From NCBI GenBank assembly GCA_965204725.1, contig OZ242005.1:4384001-4448000 (forward strand): a DNA stretch of 64,000 bases. The letters run 5' to 3'. This DNA is from Candidatus Latescibacterota bacterium (lineage in GTDB: Bacteria > Latescibacterota > UBA2968 > UBA8231). Positions 9,010-20,231 of the stretch are shown in pieces. The notes beneath the pieces are model-generated. The model did not search any database, was not told the origin of the DNA, and was given only the letters and a program-made list of their open reading frames with translations. A program made the translations under genes and the position numbers. Each line of letters begins with the position of its first letter. Position 1 is the first letter of the stretch.

Positions 9010-10178
9010 TACGCCATCTCTGCACACTCGTCTGGAACCGCAAAAGGGCGAACGCGCTAACCGCCTTCCAGATATTCATTTCTTTTTTACTCGTTTTTAT
9101 CACGGCCTCCTTCGCCATGGACAAAATCGACAATTACCGGCGGCCCCTCGGGTTTTCCTACGAAGATAGATGGGTCGTGTTCTTCGGGCCGGACGAGGCC
9201 AGGCAGGCGGACAGCGAGGCGGCTGCGCCCAGTCGCAGACAGGTCTATCTGGCCTTGGAGGAGTTCGACTGGGTTGAGTCGGTCGCCGCGTCGCACGTCG
9301 GAGCAACCCCCTATCTGTTCGTTTATATGTATCCCTTTGCCGTTGATGGACAAATGGTTGCTACGGCCGGTGTTTCGGACGAGTTACACCAGACGCTCGG
9401 GCTGGATTTGGTCCGCGGGCGGTGGTTTGGCGAGGAGGACGCGGCTCTCGACTGGGAGCCACTCGTGATAACCCAGCCGCTCAGCGAAGCGCTCTTTGGC
9501 CGTGAAGACCCCATCGGCCAGCGGGTCGAACAGTGGACGGGTGATGACGACGCCCGGGTGATTGGGGTGGTCTCCGCCTATCGTCGCAGCGGGGAGCTTT
9601 CCGGCGGAGGTTTCTTCTTGTTCAGTCGCCTGAGTGAAGACGAAGAGCGCGGTAATTTTTTAGTCCACGTGCGTCCCGGTACGCCCTTAGCGGCCCAAGA
9701 GCAAATTGACAGACGGCTCAAGGCCATGGCTCCGGGATACCAAGTTGACATTAAGACCTTGGCAGAGCATCGCGCCTCGTCGTTCAAGTTGACCCTAGTG
9801 CCCTTGGTCACCCTCGGGGTGGTCTCGGTGTTGGTGCTGGGCATGGTGGCTTTGTCGTTGAGCGGCGTGCTGTGGCAGCAGACGACGCTGAGAACCGAGG
9901 AGATCGGCCTGAGAAGGGCCTTGGGAGGGTCGGCGGCCAGTATTTACGCCCAGTTGACGGGCGAGATCGTGGTGGTTGCCAGCATCGGCGTGGTCGCTGG
10001 TCTGCTGCTCGTCGTGCAATTCCCGCTGATAGGGCTGCTCAAATACACGGGCGGGATATACGCGCTCAGTTGCGCCTTTGCGGCTCTGGTGATTTACGGT
10101 CTCGTCGTCGCGTCCAGCCTGTATCCCGGGCGGCTGGCCTGCCGCATCCGGCCGGTTGAGGCCCTGCGCCACGAATGA
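9006..10178 (+). CDS. MacB/FtsX-type ABC permease
   Basis: ATG 9006 overlaps the previous stop (ATGA); RTEEIGLRRALG; YPGRLACRIRPVEALRHE. Confidence 0.9.
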   Translation: MIRHLCTLVWNRKRANALTAFQIFISFLLVFITASFAMDKIDNYRRPLGFSYEDRWVVFFGPDEARQADSEAAAPSRRQVYLALEEFDWVESVAASHVGATPYLFVYMYPFAVDGQMVATAGVSDELHQTLGLDLVRGRWFGEEDAALDWEPLVITQPLSEALFGREDPIGQRVEQWTGDDDARVIGVVSAYRRSGELSGGGFFLFSRLSEDEERGNFLVHVRPGTPLAAQEQIDRRLKAMAPGYQVDIKTLAEHRASSFKLTLVPLVTLGVVSVLVLGMVALSLSGVLWQQTTLRTEEIGLRRALGGSAASIYAQLTGEIVVVASIGVVAGLLLVVQFPLIGLLKYTGGIYALSCAFAALVIYGLVVASSLYPGRLACRIRPVEALRHE

Positions 10179-10227
10179 GTAGAAGCTCAAGTAGGCTCAA
10201 ACGCACCTCATCCCATAGGAGGATACC

Positions 10228-11448
10228 ATGAAACCGATCAAACCTGTAATCGCCATCATCGCCATCGTCGCCGTTGCGTTCCATTGTGGGCCGGCCGACG
10301 CGGAGCGTATCACGGCAAAGATGGAATCCGTGCGTGAGGATTCCGCAGAGCACCTCTTCCAGCCTATGCTGATACGGTTCCCGCTCGGTGCGGAGTTGAC
10401 GGAAGGACTGCCCGAGATACAATCGGTTGCCGGGCTGGACATCCATGAGCCGCTGCACACCCGCCTATCGTTCTTAGATTCGCCGGCTGCGCCGATTGTT
10501 GTACTAGGACAGGATAGCGACGGGCAGGACATGGCCTTCGCCGTGGCCGATTCGACCGCCCAGCCGCAGCGACTCCAGCTCACGGAGGGTTTTTCCAAAT
10601 TCATTCAACTTGAGGCCCTACAATCCGAGCTAGTCGTGCCCTTGGCGGGTCAAGCACCTGAGTTTACGCTCGAACTCGTGCTCAGCCGCGAACACAATAC
10701 CGTGCTGCATCGCAACCTCGAACTGCGGCTAGGCGAAGCCGACATCGGCGGCCAACGCTATGCCATAGCCCTAATGAGAGATCCGCGCTTCGGCACCTAC
10801 TCCATACCCGCCGATTCGGTGGGGATCACGTTTTATCACCTTGCGATTGACCTTGACAGGGACGGAATCTTCCTGACTCAAACGGATTCTCAGTCCAACG
10901 CGCAGGTGAACGAGGTTTTCGAGGGAACCAAGCCCTTCTTGAGCAACGGTCGGGCCTACGAACTGACCCACGTGTCGGCGACGGGAGATCGGCTGACTAT
11001 CGAGCGCAGCAAGCAAACGGTCGCTCTCGCCGTGGGCTTTGAGATGCCACATGTCGCCGTTACTCGGCTCGATAGCAGCACGATCGACCTGACGGCACTG
11101 CGCGGCAAGCCCGTAGTCATCAATTGGTGGCAAACCTTCTGCGGCCCCTGCATCCGGGAGATTCCCGAACTCAACGAGCTAGTCGAAAAGTACGCCGACT
11201 ACGACGTCGAGTTCCTCGCCATCGCTGACAATGAAATGGCGGAGTTGACGCCGTTTCTGAAGAAGCATCCGTTCACTTACGACATCGCTTTGGCAAATGA
11301 CAAAGCCGTGCAGGTTTTCGGTCAAGGTTATCCGCGTCATACAATCATAGACCGCGAAGGGAAAGTCGCCTACGATGTCCTTGGTTACAGTGCCGATGCC
11401 ACCGACAAGATGGACGCGGTTATCGGCTCGCTGTTGAGCGAGCTCTGA
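10228..11448 (+). CDS. Exported protein with C-terminal TlpA-like thioredoxin domain, copy 1
   Basis: Signal peptide ending in Cys (AFHC); LRGKPVVINWWQTFCGPCIREIPELN; GYPRH cis-Pro loop. Confidence 0.85.
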   Translation: MKPIKPVIAIIAIVAVAFHCGPADAERITAKMESVREDSAEHLFQPMLIRFPLGAELTEGLPEIQSVAGLDIHEPLHTRLSFLDSPAAPIVVLGQDSDGQDMAFAVADSTAQPQRLQLTEGFSKFIQLEALQSELVVPLAGQAPEFTLELVLSREHNTVLHRNLELRLGEADIGGQRYAIALMRDPRFGTYSIPADSVGITFYHLAIDLDRDGIFLTQTDSQSNAQVNEVFEGTKPFLSNGRAYELTHVSATGDRLTIERSKQTVALAVGFEMPHVAVTRLDSSTIDLTALRGKPVVINWWQTFCGPCIREIPELNELVEKYADYDVEFLAIADNEMAELTPFLKKHPFTYDIALANDKAVQVFGQGYPRHTIIDREGKVAYDVLGYSADATDKMDAVIGSLLSEL

Positions 11449-11490
11449 GCTTTCTACTGCTACGCATTCCACATCCCATAGGAGGATACC

Positions 11491-12714
11491 ATGAAACCGA
11501 TCAAGTCTGTAATCGCCATAATCGCCATCGTCGCTGCTGCGTTCCGTTGTGGGCCGGCCGACGCGGGGCGTATCACGGCAAAGATGGAATCCGTGCGCGA
11601 GGATTCCGCAGAGCATCTCTTTCAGCCTTCTCAGAGTCGCGGGCTGACCGGCCAGTTGTTGATAGAAGGCTTGCCCGAGATTCAATCGGTTGCCGGGCTG
11701 GACATCCATGAGCCCCTGCACGCCCGCCTGTTATTTCGCGATTCGCCAGCGGAGCCGATTGTCATAGTGGGACAGGATAGCGACGGACAGGACATGGCCT
11801 TTGTTGTTGCCGACTCCACCGCGCAGCCGCAGCAACTCCAGACCACTGGCGACTTTTTCGAGCGCATTCGAGATGAGGCTCTGTACACTGAGATGACCGT
11901 ACCCGCGGCTGGGCAAGTGCCTGAGTTTGAGGTCGAGCTCTTGATCAATCGGGGAAAATACAATGCCGTGCTGCATCGCAATCTCGAACTGCGGTGGGGC
12001 GAAGCCGACATTGGCGGCCAACGCTATGCCATAGCCTTAGTGAGGGATCCGAGTTTTGGAACCTACGCCTTACCCGCCGACTCACTTGGACAGGCTTTTC
12101 ACGAGCTCATGATTGACCGCGACGGGGATGGCGTATTCCTGACTTCCCTATACGGCCAAACCGAGGTGCTGGAGGACGAGGTTTTCGAGGTCAACGAACC
12201 CTTCTTGATCGGCGGTCAGGCATACAAACTGACCCACGTGTCGGCGACGGGAGATCAGTTGGTGATCGAGCGCAGCGAGCAAACGGTCGCCCTCGCCGTG
12301 GGCTTTGAGATGCCGCCTGTCGCCGTTACTCGGCCCGATAGCAGCACTATCGACCTGACGGCACTGCGCGGCAAGCCCGTAGTCATCAACTGGTGGCAAA
12401 CCTTCTGTCCGCCCTGCATCACGGAGATTCCCGAACTCAACGAACTGGTCGAGAAGTACGCCAACCACGACATCGAGTTCCTCGCCATCGCCGACAATGA
12501 AATGGCGGAGTTGACGCCGTTTCTGAAGAAGCATCCGTTCACTTACGACGTCGCCTTGGGGGATGACGAGGCCGTGCAGATTTTCGGCCAAGGTTATCCG
12601 CGTCATGTGATCATAGACAGCGAAGGGAAAGTCACCTACGATGTCCTTGGTTACAGTCCTGATATCACGGACCGGATGGACGCGGTTATCGGCTCGCTGC
12701 TGAGCGAGCTCTGA
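11491..12714 (+). CDS. Exported protein with C-terminal TlpA-like thioredoxin domain, copy 2
   Basis: Tandem paralogue of 10228-11448; active site WWQTFCPPC. Confidence 0.85.
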   Translation: MKPIKSVIAIIAIVAAAFRCGPADAGRITAKMESVREDSAEHLFQPSQSRGLTGQLLIEGLPEIQSVAGLDIHEPLHARLLFRDSPAEPIVIVGQDSDGQDMAFVVADSTAQPQQLQTTGDFFERIRDEALYTEMTVPAAGQVPEFEVELLINRGKYNAVLHRNLELRWGEADIGGQRYAIALVRDPSFGTYALPADSLGQAFHELMIDRDGDGVFLTSLYGQTEVLEDEVFEVNEPFLIGGQAYKLTHVSATGDQLVIERSEQTVALAVGFEMPPVAVTRPDSSTIDLTALRGKPVVINWWQTFCPPCITEIPELNELVEKYANHDIEFLAIADNEMAELTPFLKKHPFTYDVALGDDEAVQIFGQGYPRHVIIDSEGKVTYDVLGYSPDITDRMDAVIGSLLSEL

Positions 12715-12797
12715 GCTTTCTACAAGCTTTCACCGGAGCTATTCGTTTCAAAGATGGTTCTGTCATAGGCACTGATCCACGAGTGAACCGGGGTGTT

Positions 12798-15266
12798 ATG
12801 GAATGCAAAAAAAGTAACGCGAATTTGCTTTTGACGATGGCCGCCTTGGCCGCCTTATGGGCCGTTCCCGCAGTCCATGCCCAGCCGTGGTTGGTGCGCG
12901 GCACTGTCACTGACGCGGCTACCGGGCAACCCCTGCCTGCGGCTACCGTACAACTAGCCGGCACCTATCGCGGAACCATAGCTAACGACGAGGGCGAGTA
13001 CTCGCTCAAGGTGCAGCAGTTACCGGCGACGCTGAAAGTGAGTTATATCGGCTACGTCTCCCAAGAGCAGTCCGTCCGCGGAATCGGGGATGCCAGCACC
13101 CCTGCGGAGCGGGTCGATTTCGCCTTGACGCCCGTGCCCTTTCTGCTCGACCCCATCGTGGTGACGGCCGAAACCTCAGCTGAGGGCATCATGCGCCAAG
13201 TCATCCGCCGCAAACAAACGTGGCGGCCCAGCTTGGCCAGCTATCAGGCACAAGCCTATGCCCGGCGCGTTTTGGAAAACGAAGAAGGCATCGTCTCAAT
13301 CGGCGAATTGGCCTCGGAAATTTACTGGGAGCGGGAGCGGGGACTGCGCGAAGTGGTCAAGTCGAGGCGTGTGACCCAAAATTTGGATGCCCAAGAAGAA
13401 TACATCTCGGCCTTTGCGGGGTTTGCGAACTTCTACGACGACGATATCCCCTTTATCGGCCACACCCTGATCGGGCCGACCCATCCCGATGCCCTCAAGC
13501 ACTACCGCTTCCACTTGATCGGCCAGCACTATTTGGACGATCAGGTCGTATTCAACATCTCGGTTGAGCCAAAAAACAAATTGCAAGCCGCTTTTGTCGG
13601 CCGCATCGCCGTACTGGACGAGGATTTTGCCTTGCTCGAAGTAGAACTGGCCCCCAGCCGGGCGACCACGACCTCGGCCATTCCCCTGCCCCTAATTGAG
13701 TACATGGATTTCGCCTACCAACAACAGTTCCGCGGCTTCGCCGGAGGGGTGTGGCTGCCGGTCGATTTCCGAGCTTCTATGGCAGTAAAAATCAGCATGG
13801 TGGGGCTGCATGTTCCCGCGATCAAGTACAATGTGGTGACGCGGCTGAGCGATTACCAAGTCAATGTCGATATGCCCGACACGCTCTATGCCAGCGAGGA
13901 GGTTCTACGGGTCGATTCGCTGGCCGTGGCCCAAGACAGTTCCTTTGCCCGGCTAGCCGACAAAGTGCCCCTATCAGCGCGGGAACAAGCCGCTTATGCC
14001 ACCATCGACAGCACTATGCAGCCCCACCATGCCTTCCGGCCAACGGGTTTCCTCGCCCGTTTATTGGTCAAGGATCAAGCGGAGCAGACAGAGGAAGAGA
14101 CGAAGAAGCAAACGGAACCGGCACAGGAGCGGGCGAAATCGTCGCGCTGGCTGGGATCGATCGAACTGAAGCCCGTTTTGCGATACGACAGGGTCGGTGG
14201 GGCGCATTTGGGGTTGGAGGGGAACCGGGGGCTGGGGGGCGGCCTAGAGGCCGGGGCCGGGGCCGGGTACAACGTTGGTCTGGAGCGCTGGTCTTACCGG
14301 GGCCGGGTCGGCTGGCAGCGGACAGCGGGTACGGCGGTTTTGGAGTACGGGAGAGGCCCGGTGCCGCGCATTCCTTCGGATAGCTATCCTCTTTTGCTCA
14401 ACAGCGGCCAGTTCCTGTTGGGCCTAGACGACTATTTCGATTACTACTGGAACGAAAGACTGCGCGGGCGGCTTCATCTTTCCCTGCCGAGCCAAGTCGG
14501 CTTGGCAGTGGGCTTTAACCACGAGGAGCATTCTTCGCTACAGGAGACGAGTTCTTTCAGTCTGTTGAATCGGGACTGGAGACCACGGCCCAATCCGGCG
14601 ATTGAGGAAAGTCGGCTGCGCTCGGTAGAGGCGAGCCTCGAATGGGGCGGGCCGTACCAGCCTTTTGGAATAACGACCAACCGGCGGGTCGCAGTGGGAG
14701 TGGAGCACAGCAGGGCCGGACTGGGCAGCGACTTTTCCTTTACCCGCTTGCGCTTAGCCTTGGACGGCCATTTCAAGACCTTCCTCAAGCGCCGCATCAC
14801 GCCGAACGCGCTTGACGTGCGGGTAGTAGCGGGATACTCAATCGGCGATGTGCCAGTGCAGCGCTTTGGAGCCTTGGAGGCCAGCATGGGCTTTTTCTCT
14901 CCGTTTGGCACTTTCCGCACGGTGCGCGGCCATCCCTATGAGGGGCAACATTACGCGGCGCTGTACTGGGAGCACAACTTCAAGACCACGCCCTTTGAGC
15001 TATTGGGGCTGTGGGATTGGGCCATGCGGGGCACTGGACTGGTGGTACACGGTGCTTCGGGGCGGACGTGGATTGACCCAGAGCAGCGAGCCAAACTGGG
15101 GTACGATCCGCGCTATGAGGCGAGTTTCCACCATGAGGCGGGAGTCTCGCTCATGCTATACCATCTGCTGCGCTTCGATTTTACCCGACGCTTGGACCAG
15201 CCCGGCTGGAGCGTGGGGTTGAGTTCGGTGCGTTTTGATTTTGAGGGAGCAGTTACTATAGAGTAA
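12798..15266 (+). CDS. Carboxypeptidase-regulatory-like domain plus DUF5686-like outer-membrane protein
   Basis: VRGTVTDAATGQPLPAATV...GTIANDEGEY...SYIGY N-terminal domain; ALKHYRFHL middle region; beta-barrel-like C-terminus. Start uncertain (12783, 12798 or later). Confidence 0.7.
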   Translation: MECKKSNANLLLTMAALAALWAVPAVHAQPWLVRGTVTDAATGQPLPAATVQLAGTYRGTIANDEGEYSLKVQQLPATLKVSYIGYVSQEQSVRGIGDASTPAERVDFALTPVPFLLDPIVVTAETSAEGIMRQVIRRKQTWRPSLASYQAQAYARRVLENEEGIVSIGELASEIYWERERGLREVVKSRRVTQNLDAQEEYISAFAGFANFYDDDIPFIGHTLIGPTHPDALKHYRFHLIGQHYLDDQVVFNISVEPKNKLQAAFVGRIAVLDEDFALLEVELAPSRATTTSAIPLPLIEYMDFAYQQQFRGFAGGVWLPVDFRASMAVKISMVGLHVPAIKYNVVTRLSDYQVNVDMPDTLYASEEVLRVDSLAVAQDSSFARLADKVPLSAREQAAYATIDSTMQPHHAFRPTGFLARLLVKDQAEQTEEETKKQTEPAQERAKSSRWLGSIELKPVLRYDRVGGAHLGLEGNRGLGGGLEAGAGAGYNVGLERWSYRGRVGWQRTAGTAVLEYGRGPVPRIPSDSYPLLLNSGQFLLGLDDYFDYYWNERLRGRLHLSLPSQVGLAVGFNHEEHSSLQETSSFSLLNRDWRPRPNPAIEESRLRSVEASLEWGGPYQPFGITTNRRVAVGVEHSRAGLGSDFSFTRLRLALDGHFKTFLKRRITPNALDVRVVAGYSIGDVPVQRFGALEASMGFFSPFGTFRTVRGHPYEGQHYAALYWEHNFKTTPFELLGLWDWAMRGTGLVVHGASGRTWIDPEQRAKLGYDPRYEASFHHEAGVSLMLYHLLRFDFTRRLDQPGWSVGLSSVRFDFEGAVTIE

Positions 15267-15302
15267 GGAGGATGTAATTTTGAATTCACTCGCTTTGTCG
15301 AG

Positions 15303-15368
15303 TTTCGGGTGTGCTTCCGCTGGTCGGCTGCTGGCGCAGAAGATGTCGAGATCGTTGACTACCATTAA
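15303..15368 (+). pseudogene. 3' remnant of a HigB (RelE/ParE-superfamily) toxin gene
   Basis: Translates FRVCFRWSAAGAEDVEIVDYH-stop, the characteristic HigB C-terminus; no plausible start codon or N-terminal part. Confidence 0.7.
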
Positions 15369-15392
15369 GAGCGAAGAGAATAGGACCAAGCG

Positions 15393-16759
<1,367 letters not shown>

Positions 16760-16763
<4 letters not shown>

Positions 16764-18061
16764 GCCTGCGCTCCAAACTCATCCTCTACCTGATCGGTAT
16801 TCACCTCGTATTCGCTGGGCTTGCTGGATACCTATTGAGAGCGGAGACGCCCTATCTATTGGGGCTTGAACTATTCTTCGTCCTGTCTTTTGCAGTCGGT
16901 GTGCGCCTGATCCAGCATTTTTGGGTGCCGCTCGATCTAATCCGCACGGGTGCCGAACTCATCGGCGAGCGCGATTTCACCAGCAAGTTCATCGAAGTGG
17001 GCCAGCCGGAAATGGATCAGCTCGTGCGCGTGTACAACCGCATGATTGATCAACTGCGCGAGGAGCGCACGCGGCTGCAGGAGCAGCACTACTTCATGGA
17101 CAAGATCCTGACGGCCTCACCATCGGGCATCATCACCCTCGACTTCGACGACAAAGTCGCCCTAGTCAACCCCAGCGCTAGCCGCCTGTTGGGGCTGGCC
17201 GAAAGCGCGGTGCTCGGCCAGCCATTGGACGAGTTGGGAACGGCATTCGCCCAAACCCTGCACACCTTGGCCATCGGCGAGTCGCAGGTGTTGCCGCTGC
17301 AAGGGCTGCGGGTGCGCTGCCACAAGGCGCAGTTTTTGGACCAAGGCTTCCCGCGCAGCTTTATCCTCATGGAGGAATTGACCGAGGAGTTGCGCCTTTC
17401 GGAGAAGGCGGCCTACGAGAAAGTTATCCGCCTGCTGGCACACGAGGTGAACAATTCAACAGGGGCGGTCAATTCCCTGCTGCACTCCTGCTCCAACTAC
17501 AAGGGGCAGTTGCGAGAGGCCGACCGCGGCGATTTTGCGAACGCCCTACAGGTGGCCATCGGCCGCATCGATCATCTCAGTGCCTTCATGCGCAGCTTTG
17601 CCGAGGTGGTCAAACTGCCGGTGCCGCACCCGCAGCCCGTGGATCTAGAAGCCCTGTTGCGCGACATCGCCCTGTTAATGCGCGCCGAGTGCGAGCGCTG
17701 CAACATCACGTGGAACTGGGATATTCAGGCGGACTTGGGACTCATCGCCATGGACGAAAACCAGATGGAGCAGGTGTTTGTCAATATCCTGAAAAATGCG
17801 GTGGAAGCCATTGGCAAAAACGGCGGGATAACGATTCGCCTCGGCAAGCTCCAAGACCGGCCCTTTGCCGTGGTCGAGGATACGGGCGCGGGGATCAACC
17901 CGGAAGCAGCCGAGAGTCTGTTCACGCCGTTTTTCAGCACCAAGGAAAACCGGCGGGGCCTCGGCCTAACGTTGGTCCAAGAGATTTTGAGCCGGCACGG
18001 TTTTGCCTTTTCCCTCGAAAGCCTTCCTGACGAGCCGACCCGTTTTACCATCCGCTTTTGA
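16760..18061 (+). CDS. Sensor histidine kinase (two TM, HAMP, PAS)
   Basis: H-box LAHEVNNS, N-box NILKNAVEA, DTGAG, FTPFFSTK, GLGL. Confidence 0.92.
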
Positions 18062-18152
18062 ATGCCAGATGTACTGGACGCACACAGGCGATAGGGCGTA
18101 TAATGTTCTGTGCGCCAACCTCGAAATGTCCATCCGTGAGCATAAGACATCT

Positions 18153-19040
18153 ATGGCCGAATACGATACCATTTCCAAACACCTGATCCAAACCTATCCC
18201 GACGACTTCGTCCGCTTCACTCTCCAACGAGACGACGTGACGGCCTGCGAAGTCCTCAACCCGGAGCAACCCACTGTCGAAACCCGCCAAACCGATAGCC
18301 TCATTCGCGCCCAGATCGCCGGCGAAGAGGCGTTGGTCCATCACGAATTTCAAACCACCGACCACCCGCTCATGCCGCTCCGCATGGCCAGCTATATCGT
18401 CCGCGCCATTGAGCACCATCGCCAGCCGGTCTATTCCAGCGTGATCTACTTGCGGCCTGATGCCGGTCGGCGCGATCCGGGCTACTACGCCCAAGACCTG
18501 CCCGGCCACCGCATCTTAGTGCAATACAAGGTCATTCGATTGAGCGAGATCGAGGGGCAAGTTATTGTCCAAGCCGGTCCTTCGGGTTTGCTTCCTTTCA
18601 CGCCCTTGATGAAACGGCCGGCGGGCATGGGTGAAGAGGCGTGGTTGCGCCAGTGCATTCAGGCGACCCATGCGGGGCCGTTGGATCCGGCCGTCAAGGT
18701 TGACTTTTTGGGCGGCTTGGCGATACTGAGTGGGTTGGCCTACGAGTGGACCACCATTCAGCGTATTATTTCTCAGGAGGGTCTTATGGACACGATCATG
18801 CGCGAATCATCCTTTGCCCAATACCTCACCCAACAGGGCATTGAGCAGGGGGTCCGAAAACGCGCCGTTGAAGATATCCTTGACGTGTTGGAGATTCGTT
18901 TTGGGGCGGCCTCAGCCCACTCGTTTGCCGCCCGCATTGCCGCGATTAACGATTTGCACCTGCTCAAGCAGTTGCATCGCATGGCGGTGCAAGCAGCCGA
19001 TCTCGAGGTTTTTCAGCGGCACTTGGATACAGCAGAATGA
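18153..19040 (+). CDS. Rpn-family recombination-promoting nuclease / putative transposase (PD-(D/E)xK)
   Basis: YDTISKHL N-terminus, RQTDSL...HHEFQT catalytic motif, MPLRMASY, C-terminal QQGIEQG...LEIRFG. Candidate promoter TGGACG-N18-TATAAT at 18075-18104. Confidence 0.8.
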   Translation: MAEYDTISKHLIQTYPDDFVRFTLQRDDVTACEVLNPEQPTVETRQTDSLIRAQIAGEEALVHHEFQTTDHPLMPLRMASYIVRAIEHHRQPVYSSVIYLRPDAGRRDPGYYAQDLPGHRILVQYKVIRLSEIEGQVIVQAGPSGLLPFTPLMKRPAGMGEEAWLRQCIQATHAGPLDPAVKVDFLGGLAILSGLAYEWTTIQRIISQEGLMDTIMRESSFAQYLTQQGIEQGVRKRAVEDILDVLEIRFGAASAHSFAARIAAINDLHLLKQLHRMAVQAADLEVFQRHLDTAE

Positions 19041-19107
19041 CGCGAGGGGCCGCCTCGTGTCTCCCGTCCACATTCACCAAGCCGCGGGGAGGGCAGAATT
19101 GGAGGCC

Positions 19108-20094
19108 GTGAAATATGTCGTAGAGCAAGGGGGCAGCCCCTCGTTGGCCACCGCGGCCGTCGTGAGGTATCCAGACCGCCGTATTGAGGTGCTCGACGAG
19201 TGCTTCGCACAGTACAAGCTGGCAAATGCCGCCCTCGAAATGCTCTGGACCGGCGGGCGCTGGCTCGAAGGCCCCGTATGGTTTGGCGATGGTCGCTATC
19301 TACTGTTCAGCGACATACCCAACAACCGCATTCTCAAGTGGGAAGAAGAGACCGGGGCGGTCTCCGTCTTCCGCCAGCCAGCGAACAACACCAACGGCAA
19401 CACGCGCGACCGCCAAGGGCGATTGGTGTCGTGCGAACACGACGCCCGCCGAGTCACCCGCACGGAATACGACGGCTCGATCACCGTGTTGATGGACCAA
19501 TTCGGGGGCAAGCCGTTGAATGCCCCCAATGACGTCGTGGTGAAGTCGGATGGGTCAATTTGGTTCACGGACCCCGGGTACGGCATTCTGATGGATTACG
19601 AGGGGCACCGGGATGAGTTCGAGAATGCCGCCAACGTGTATCGTCTCGACCCGGACACTAGGGAAGCTACGGTAGTGGCAGGCGACTTCCGGCGGCCAAA
19701 CGGCCTCTGCTTCAGCCCGGATGAGTCGCTGCTCTACATCGTCGATACCGGACGCTCCGACGGCCCCGAACACCCCACCCACATCCGCGTTTTCGACGTC
19801 CACGGCGACCGCATCACAAACGGGCGCGTCTTCGCCGACATGGGGTCTGGTTCGTCGGACGGTATCCGCACCGATGTGGATGGCAATCTGTGGTCGGGAG
19901 CCTGCTGGGGAGGCGAGGGCTACGATGGCGTACATTGTTTTGCCCCCGACGGCACCTTGATCGGCCAGATCCACCTGCCGGCCCCCTGCGCCAACCTCTG
20001 CTTCGGCGGCGCAAAAAAGAACAGGCTATTCATAACCTGTTCGCAGTCGCTGTTTTCGGTGTACGTCGAGACGAATGGGGCGCAGAAACCGTAA
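19108..20094 (+). CDS. SMP-30/gluconolactonase/LRE-family protein
   Basis: WLEGPVW, FSDIPNNRI, NAPNDVVVKSDGSIWFTDPGYG, PNGLCFSPDE, SDGIRTD. Start approximate. Confidence 0.9.
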   Translation: MKYVVEQGGSPSLATAAVVRYPDRRIEVLDECFAQYKLANAALEMLWTGGRWLEGPVWFGDGRYLLFSDIPNNRILKWEEETGAVSVFRQPANNTNGNTRDRQGRLVSCEHDARRVTRTEYDGSITVLMDQFGGKPLNAPNDVVVKSDGSIWFTDPGYGILMDYEGHRDEFENAANVYRLDPDTREATVVAGDFRRPNGLCFSPDESLLYIVDTGRSDGPEHPTHIRVFDVHGDRITNGRVFADMGSGSSDGIRTDVDGNLWSGACWGGEGYDGVHCFAPDGTLIGQIHLPAPCANLCFGGAKKNRLFITCSQSLFSVYVETNGAQKP

Positions 20095-20204
20095 GAAGCG
20101 TTCTTAACACTCCTGTTGCTTTTGGCTCGTCTTGCCTGACGACGCGAGGCGTCATTCCCGCGCAAGAACGTCACCCCGTGCCCCGACACGGGGCGGGAAT
20201 CCAG
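20095..20204. repeat. Degenerate copy of the palindromic MITE family, with a nested 27-nt hairpin
   Basis: TAA then GAAGCGTTCTTAACACTC (terminal-repeat-like), then GTCATTCCCGCGCAAG[AACGTCACCCCGTGCCCCGACACGGGG]CGGGAATCCAG. Confidence 0.7.
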
Positions 20205-20231
20205 TCTTGAATGATGAGCAAACTTGCACCG

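Larger units (their letters stand above)
10209..12723 (+). repeat. Tandem duplication of a ~1.25-kb unit (10209-11457 and 11472-12723)
   Basis: Both units begin CATCCCATAGGAGGATACCATGAAACCGATCAA and end GAGCGAGCTCTGAGCTTTCTAC. Confidence 0.9.

Noticed and set aside
18730-19107. N-terminal extension of the lactonase ORF (likewise 29721-29975, 32258-32815, 54290-54466)
   Set aside because: These extensions overlap neighbouring genes or the tRNA; family similarity and RBS or stop/start overlaps point to later starts.
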